Assembly: GCA_041653675.1 (NCBI GenBank)
Contig: JBAZEY010000001.1
Coordinates: forward strand, 64,098-128,097
Direction: 5' to 3'
DNA from: Patescibacteria group bacterium
GTDB lineage: Bacteria > Patescibacteriota > Patescibacteriia > XYB2-FULL-38-15
DNA: 64,000 nucleotides
Position numbers and translations under genes: made by a program. Each line of letters begins with the position of its first letter. Position 1 is the first letter of the stretch. This document shows positions 58,892 through 64,000 of this stretch, piece by piece. The notes beneath the pieces were generated by a model, which did not search any database, was not told the origin of the DNA, and saw only the letters and a list, made by a program, of their open reading frames with translations.

Positions 58892-60184
58892 ATGAAAAAA
58901 ATAGTTCAAAAAATTTTATACGTTTTAGCCCGATCAATTTTAAAAAAATATAAGCCCGAAGTTATTGGCATTACGGGCAGCATGGGCAAAACTTCTACTA
59001 AAGAGGCGATTTTTGCCGTGCTGTCTTCTAAATTCCGCGTGCGCCAGAATTTAAAAAATTATAATAATGAACTTGGCGTGCCGCTTTCTATTTTGGGAGC
59101 GGAGTCTGGGCGGAAATCCATTTTGAGATGGCTTGGGATATTTTTCCATGGCATAAAATTAATTTTATTTCGAGACGCCGAATATCCGCAGATTTTAGTT
59201 TTGGAAATGGGAGCCGATCACCCGGGTGATATAAAATATTTAACAGAGCTCGCGCCATGCAAGGTCGGTGTTGTGACAGGAATCGGTCCGGCGCATTTGG
59301 AATTTTTTGAAAGTATTGAAAAAATTATTAAAGAAAAAAGAGTAGTTGTGAGCCATCTTCGTCCGGAAGGTTTCGCAGTTTTAAATCGTGATGATGAGAA
59401 AGTTTTTGAGATGAGAGAAAAAACGCGAGGTAAAGTTTTGACTTATGGTTTTAACGCGGAGGCTGAAGTTCGGGCCGGGGAAGAGGGGATGATTGGAGAT
59501 GGTGTGGAAATTTCCGGAATGAATTTTAAATTGAGTTATGCTGGCGCGGTTGTTCCGATTTTTTTGCCCGGAGTTTTGGGGCGGCAACACATTTACGCGG
59601 CGCTTGCCGGCGCGGCCGTGGGAATTACTTATGGAATGAATCTTGTTGAAGTTGCTGAAAGTTTAAAAAGATATATAGCGCCGAAAGGCCGGATGAATTT
59701 GATCCCCGGCATCAAGAGAACTTTGATTATTGATGATACTTATAATGCTTCGCCAATTCCCGTGGAAGCGGCGCTCGGAGTTTTACAATCAATAAAACTT
59801 CCGGCGGAAGATGATAAAAAATTTGCCGTGTTGGGCGATATGTTGGAACTCGGAAGCTTCAGCGAAGAAGGGCATAAGCAAGTTGGACGGGCTGCGGCGG
59901 CGAGCGGAGTAGATTTTCTCGTGACGGTTGGCGAGCGGTCGCGCGATATAGTTCGGGCGGCAAAAGAAGCCGGAATGAGTGAAGATAAAATTTCTAATTT
60001 TCCAACACCGGAAGAAGCAGGAATTTTTGTTCAGGGAAAAATGAAACAAGGGGACATAGTTTTGATAAAAGGATCGCAGGGAATGCGGATGGAAAAAGTT
60101 GTTAAAGAACTTATGGCTGAACCCCTGCGGGCATATGAATTTTTAGTCAGGCAAGACGCGTCGTGGGCGCGTAAGAGAGAATAA
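58892..60184 (+). CDS. murF: UDP-MurNAc-tripeptide--D-Ala-D-Ala ligase
   Basis: GITGSMGKTSTKE, NYNNELGVP, LEMG, DDTYNASP, LGDMLELG, KGSQG. Confidence 0.93.
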   Translation: MKKIVQKILYVLARSILKKYKPEVIGITGSMGKTSTKEAIFAVLSSKFRVRQNLKNYNNELGVPLSILGAESGRKSILRWLGIFFHGIKLILFRDAEYPQILVLEMGADHPGDIKYLTELAPCKVGVVTGIGPAHLEFFESIEKIIKEKRVVVSHLRPEGFAVLNRDDEKVFEMREKTRGKVLTYGFNAEAEVRAGEEGMIGDGVEISGMNFKLSYAGAVVPIFLPGVLGRQHIYAALAGAAVGITYGMNLVEVAESLKRYIAPKGRMNLIPGIKRTLIIDDTYNASPIPVEAALGVLQSIKLPAEDDKKFAVLGDMLELGSFSEEGHKQVGRAAAASGVDFLVTVGERSRDIVRAAKEAGMSEDKISNFPTPEEAGIFVQGKMKQGDIVLIKGSQGMRMEKVVKELMAEPLRAYEFLVRQDASWARKRE

Positions 60185-60285
60185 GTTGTGATATTTTAGA
60201 TTTAAGATTAAAGCGGGCCATGAAAGGCTCGCTTTTTGAAACCCCCATTGATGCTTGACAAATTCGTTATCATGGTTTATAAATA

Positions 60286-60470
60286 GAGAGCCGCTGACAG
60301 ACCCGTGGGCGGCATGCCGGCCCGAAAGGCTCGGCGACGGAGGTTTGTTCGATGTACAAGTCAACGTCTGTCGCACAGAGATCGCGCTCTATGCGGCTAC
60401 ATGGGTCACTGGCTCTCGATCGAAACGACCGAGAGCCACTTTTTATACATACAGCGAGCCGCTGATTTTT
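60286..60470 (+). ncRNA. Putative structured non-coding RNA C (~160-180 nt), unassigned
   Basis: TTGACA (60255)-17 nt-TATAAA; nested stems gacccgtg/catgggtc around a four-way junction; terminator tggctctcg/cgagagcca plus T-run. Confidence 0.6.
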
Positions 60471-60523
60471 TTGTCGACAATTTTTTCTTTTTTTGATATA
60501 CTAAAAATCAGTTTAGAATTTGA

Positions 60524-60601
60524 GGCCTCATCGTCTAGCCTGATCTAGGACGCCTCCCTCTCACGGAGGAAACTCGGGTTTAAATCCCGATGGGGCTACC
60601 A
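60524..60601 (+). tRNA. tRNA-Glu(CTC)
   Basis: ggcctca/tggggct acceptor; cctcc-ctCTCac-ggagg; encoded CCA; T-loop reads TTTAAAT. Confidence 0.9.
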
Positions 60602-60755
60602 AAATAAATTAGAAATTAAATACAAACTAGCAAAAAGAAATTACCGCGAATTTATTGCGAAGGATTTAAACCAGGGAAGGGTCGGAAACCGCTAGGTTTC
60701 CGTTCGCGGAAATATTAAAACCGCAGGGTTTTAAGGAGCGAAGCGACGTTTAATT

Positions 60756-60794
60756 TCCCGATGGGGCTACCAAAAATAAATTAGGAATTAAATA
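60756..60794 (+). repeat. Direct repeat of the tRNA-Glu 3' end plus trailer
   Basis: tcccgatggggctaccaaaa identical to 60585-60604, similarity continuing through taaattag(g/a)aattaaata. Confidence 0.88.
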
Positions 60795-60803
60795 AAATAG
60801 TCT

Positions 60804-61493
60804 ATGATTACAAAAATTTCCGAAATTATTTTTTTGGTAGGGTTATTGGTATTCGTGGGTGCCGGTTGCGGTAATAAAAATTCTGCTGATAACGAGGAAC
60901 CGGTAGAAAGTGATTCAGCAAGTCTTTGCGACTCGGCCAAAGAAATGAAGTCGCCAAGTGATTTTGCAAAAGAATTAAAGGAAATTTTTGAAGAGGCCGG
61001 CGGCAAGGTAAAAATAACAGACAGTACGGAACAAGATTCGGCGAATGGAGAAATGTTTACTTTTGTTTGGGAAAATACACCTACGGCCAAGGATTTGGAA
61101 GATGCTTTTAAAAAACACGGTTATAAAATAGAAGTTCCGGGTACGGCTATGGTGGTTTCAAAAAATAATATTATTTTTGAGTTCAATTTGACGGAGGGAT
61201 CTGAATGCGCACAAGTTATTGTCAAAAAAACAGAGGGGCCGTTTAATCGAGCCAGCAGGGTAACAATTAGTGAATGTGCGGAAATGAAGGCGTTAGCTCT
61301 CCATGCCGATGTAAGAAATCATGATTTAGGTACTGCTATGATTTGGGCTAAAAAATTATTCGACAGAATGGCCGTGATTGAGGCAAAATATGGCATATCG
61401 GAAAAACAACTCAAGACGATTTGTGAAGGAACAAGAGCCAAGGAATCGGGATTTGACGCCTTGGTGGATGAATGGGTGCGGTTATTGGAGTAA
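60804..61493 (+). CDS. Lipoprotein, unknown function
   Basis: VGAGC lipobox. Confidence 0.7.
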   Translation: MITKISEIIFLVGLLVFVGAGCGNKNSADNEEPVESDSASLCDSAKEMKSPSDFAKELKEIFEEAGGKVKITDSTEQDSANGEMFTFVWENTPTAKDLEDAFKKHGYKIEVPGTAMVVSKNNIIFEFNLTEGSECAQVIVKKTEGPFNRASRVTISECAEMKALALHADVRNHDLGTAMIWAKKLFDRMAVIEAKYGISEKQLKTICEGTRAKESGFDALVDEWVRLLE

Positions 61494-61519
61494 GTAAATA
61501 AGGTTTATAAATTTCTATT

Positions 61520-62233
61520 ATGTTTCATCAAGTTTGGCATGATGTTCTATACACCCCTCTTTTGAATGTTTTGATTTGGCTTTATAATGTTCCGGCTTTT
61601 GGAAATTTGGGCGTAGCGATTATTTATTTAACAATCATTATTCGCGTTGTTCTTTTGCCTTTTACGGTTGTTTCCGAACGCAGCAAAATTTTATACGAAA
61701 GATTGGGGCAAAAGATAGACAGAATCGGGCAAGATTTTAAAAACGATCCGATTCAGAAAAAAGAAATGATTCGCAAGGTCATGCGCGAACATCGAGTGAG
61801 CCCTTGGGCAAAAGTTATGGTTTTAGGCGTTCAGGCTTTAACCTTGGTTCTTTTGTACCAAGTTTTCATTGGCGGAATTAATGGCAAGCTCGGCGACCTA
61901 TATTCTTGGGTGACTCATCCAGATTTTATTAATACGGATTTTTTGGGATTTGACTTGGGAGAGGTGAGAAATTTATTTTGGAGTGGGCTGGTCGGCGCGG
62001 TTTTATTTTTAGAAATTTTTATTGACTACCGCGGCAAGTCAACCGGACTCACTAAATCCGAAGTGGCTTACATGATCTTTTTCCCCGCTGCCGTTTTTCT
62101 GACGCTCTGGATTTTGCCGATAGCTAAATCAATTTTTATTTTAACTTCAATTTGTTTTTCTTTTATTGTAATTTTCTTTAGGCAGATATTTAAAAAGAGA
62201 TTTGAAGCGGCGCCCGCAGAGTCAAAGAAATAA
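61520..62233 (+). CDS. YidC/Oxa1-family membrane insertase (short form)
   Basis: PLLNVL...NLGVAIIYLTIIIRVVLLP; coiled coil; FLGFDL. Confidence 0.75.
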   Translation: MFHQVWHDVLYTPLLNVLIWLYNVPAFGNLGVAIIYLTIIIRVVLLPFTVVSERSKILYERLGQKIDRIGQDFKNDPIQKKEMIRKVMREHRVSPWAKVMVLGVQALTLVLLYQVFIGGINGKLGDLYSWVTHPDFINTDFLGFDLGEVRNLFWSGLVGAVLFLEIFIDYRGKSTGLTKSEVAYMIFFPAAVFLTLWILPIAKSIFILTSICFSFIVIFFRQIFKKRFEAAPAESKK

Positions 62234-62347
62234 AGATATAAAAATAAATTTTTGAAACCGGCCATAAAGCCGGTTTTTTTAAATCCCTTGACTCGCTATC
62301 GCTCGCTCAGAAAATAATTATGTCCTGAGTCTGTCGAAGGCCGGGGA

Positions 62348-62376
62348 TTGACAAAATTTTCATTCCATGATATAAA
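62348..62376 (+). promoter_or_regulatory. Near-consensus sigma70 promoter for the large non-coding unit
   Basis: TTGACA-17 nt-TATAAA with extended TG at 62368-62369. Confidence 0.8.
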
Positions 62377-62382
62377 GATATG

Positions 62383-63565
62383 TGCGGGCAAACTTTCGTA
62401 AATTCAATCCGGGAGGATTAAGACACCGGTAGGTGATTGCCTCTCCAACAGGCCCGCCTTGAAAGATACGAGCTACCGCTCGTTGGAAATATGACGCGGC
62501 AGATAACTGCCGTAAGCCGCTGTAGCGCAATACGGGTATGCGTTTCGGAGCAATACCCTGAAGTTGTGGAGGTTCAAATCCTCCCTAGCGGCTCTACGAA
62601 GGTTGGCGGCCGGCGGAAGATCTCAGCCGGGTACGTCAGCAGCGGCCAGCGCGCTTGGCGCGTGTGGCTTAAAAAAAAGCCCAGTGGCTAAGTCCAAGGG
62701 GACTAGAATTGGGAAGTGTGCTCTCCCGAGCCACAGGGGAGAGCGCCAAAGCTTCCGCGAGCCGAGCTCGCGTTGGCAATAAGTTGCGGTCGGTCTGAAA
62801 GCGCGAATACGAGCGTGGTGTCGGGTTTCCCCCGATGGCTCTGGGCGCTTGCCGGCCGCGACCTGCGCTGTTCCAAAGCGGCTGCCAGAATGCGGTCGTT
62901 GAACGCTCGCCGCCAGAATGCGGTGGGCGGAATGGCGCAGATCTTTGCTCCCCGTGGTTGCCTGGATGGTGGTCTGGGCATGGGGCATTAAGGTTTCCCG
63001 ACGCCACTTGGGAAATCAGGAGGAACCCTGCTCGTCGTTATCCGCCTTAGGCGGACTGCGGCGGGTATAAAAATCTCGCGGGTGCCATCACACACTGCGA
63101 GATGGGGGCGGCACAATCGGACTCGGTGGGGTGGATCCTCCTGAGGAGGAGTTCCAGCCGAGATCGGTTCCGGGCCAAGGGAGGCCTGCTGTGTCGCTTT
63201 CTCTTAATCACGACCCATCGGGTTTGTCGGGCTTGCTCGGCAGCACGGTGGGTTGGGGCCCGGCGGTTGTCCAGGTGGTTCTGGGCAGGGCTTTAAAGGA
63301 CGCTCTCCGCCGCTATAAGAGAGGTCTAGGCGTTCCTGTCGTTCCGCAAGGGGCGAATCCCGATACTGAAACCACACCAGTAAAGGGACATCAGGAAGCG
63401 ACATAATCATGTTCCCCTCCCTGAGGAACACATGATTCCGGGCTATTTCCCGCCGTGGTATGCCTGCGATGTCGCAGTTTGCTCAGTACTTCCAAGTGCG
63501 GAATCCCGCGCGAGGAAGTCGCGATACTGCGCCGTGATGATTCATTCGTCACGGCGCCCTTTTTT
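62383..63565 (+). ncRNA. Putative large (~1.2 kb) structured non-coding RNA with an embedded tRNA-like domain
   Basis: Own promoter and terminator; GC-rich continuous hairpins; only short Arg/Gly/Pro-rich shadow ORFs on both strands. Confidence 0.65.
63529..63565 (+). terminator. Intrinsic terminator
   Basis: gcgccgtgatga-ttcat-tcgtcacggcgc followed by cc and T6. Confidence 0.8.
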
Positions 63566-63579
63566 ATCGATGACCTTGA

Positions 63580-63703
63580 CCCCGTAGTAGAATTTCGGAA
63601 TGTGAAACGGCGTTATGCAAACAAGCTTTGTGACAATTTAAAATTTTTTTAAAACAAATTATTTTTTCCGGCTTTGACGGAAATCCGAAATTTCACTACG
63701 GGG
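63580..63703. mobile_element. MITE-like element copy 2 (124 bp)
   Basis: TIR ccccgtagtagaatttcgga / tccgaaatttcactacgggg; flanking duplication ttga(c). Confidence 0.7.
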
Positions 63704-63777
63704 TTGACAAAATTGCTTTTCAGAGTTAGTATTAGCCATAGGGTAGATTTAATTTTTAAATCTAAACAAAACAAAAT

Positions 63778-64000
63778 ATGGCTGATTCTTTAGACAAAAT
63801 AATGTATTCGTTTGTCGTGGAAGACGTCTTAAAGGGCTTTTTTATCACTGTTCCGCCGGGTTATGTTGCCTGCGTTTACGACCTTGGCAGGGGAGTCCTG
63901 AAAAAAGTTTTGCATCCCGGTTTGCATTTAAAAATTCCATTTTGGCAGAGAGCAAAATTGTTTAATACTCAAACTTTGGAATACAATATCAGCAAGGATT
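63778..64000 (+). CDS. SPFH/prohibitin-family protein, 3'-truncated by window edge
   Basis: Hand-translated ...FITVPPGYVACVYDLGRGVLKKVLHPGLHLKIPFWQ... Confidence 0.75.
   Translation, partial: MADSLDKIMYSFVVEDVLKGFFITVPPGYVACVYDLGRGVLKKVLHPGLHLKIPFWQRAKLFNTQTLEYNISKD

Noticed and set aside
60255-60548. 97-aa and 63-aa ORFs before tRNA-Glu
   Set aside because: One starts inside the -35 box and runs into the tRNA; both cross terminators and have no protein motifs
62383-63565. rRNA fragment or group II intron
   Set aside because: No universal 16S/23S motifs, no domain V, no interrupted host gene and no intron ORF
62437-63652. Many overlapping 60-120 aa ORFs on both strands
   Set aside because: Arg/Gly/Pro/Ala-rich, mutually overlapping, mostly non-ATG starts and no motifs; expected from stop-poor GC-rich DNA

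Overview
64-kb chromosomal window of a small-genome bacterium, most likely Patescibacteria/CPR (Parcubacteria/ABY1-like). This is inferred from the mostly Shine-Dalgarno-less, AT-rich gene starts, the alpha2-type GlyRS, TrmB-family regulator, DUF4012, archaeal-type AMP phosphorylase and short YidC. It is gene-dense and almost entirely + strand, with housekeeping genes (mreB, holB, frr, glyQS, tpiA, fba, rpmG, rlmH, uppP, rarA, a class B PBP, murF), two glycosyltransferase clusters, surface proteins and six tRNAs. The most striking unexplained signal is a set of GC-rich, hairpin-dense, apparently non-coding transcription units, each followed by a terminator-like hairpin and most with a near-consensus sigma70 promoter: a ~1.2-kb unit at 62383-63565 containing a tRNA-like domain, two ~380-390-nt minus-strand units flanking trmB, a ~160-180-nt unit before tRNA-Glu and a ~120-nt unit before the AMP phosphorylase. 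Also seen: an integrase-free array of gene cassettes separated by copies of the tRNA-Trp 3' end, and two MITE-like elements with target duplications, one of which rebuilds the 5' end of tRNA-Pro. All calls come from reading the sequence; no database search or folding computation was run.
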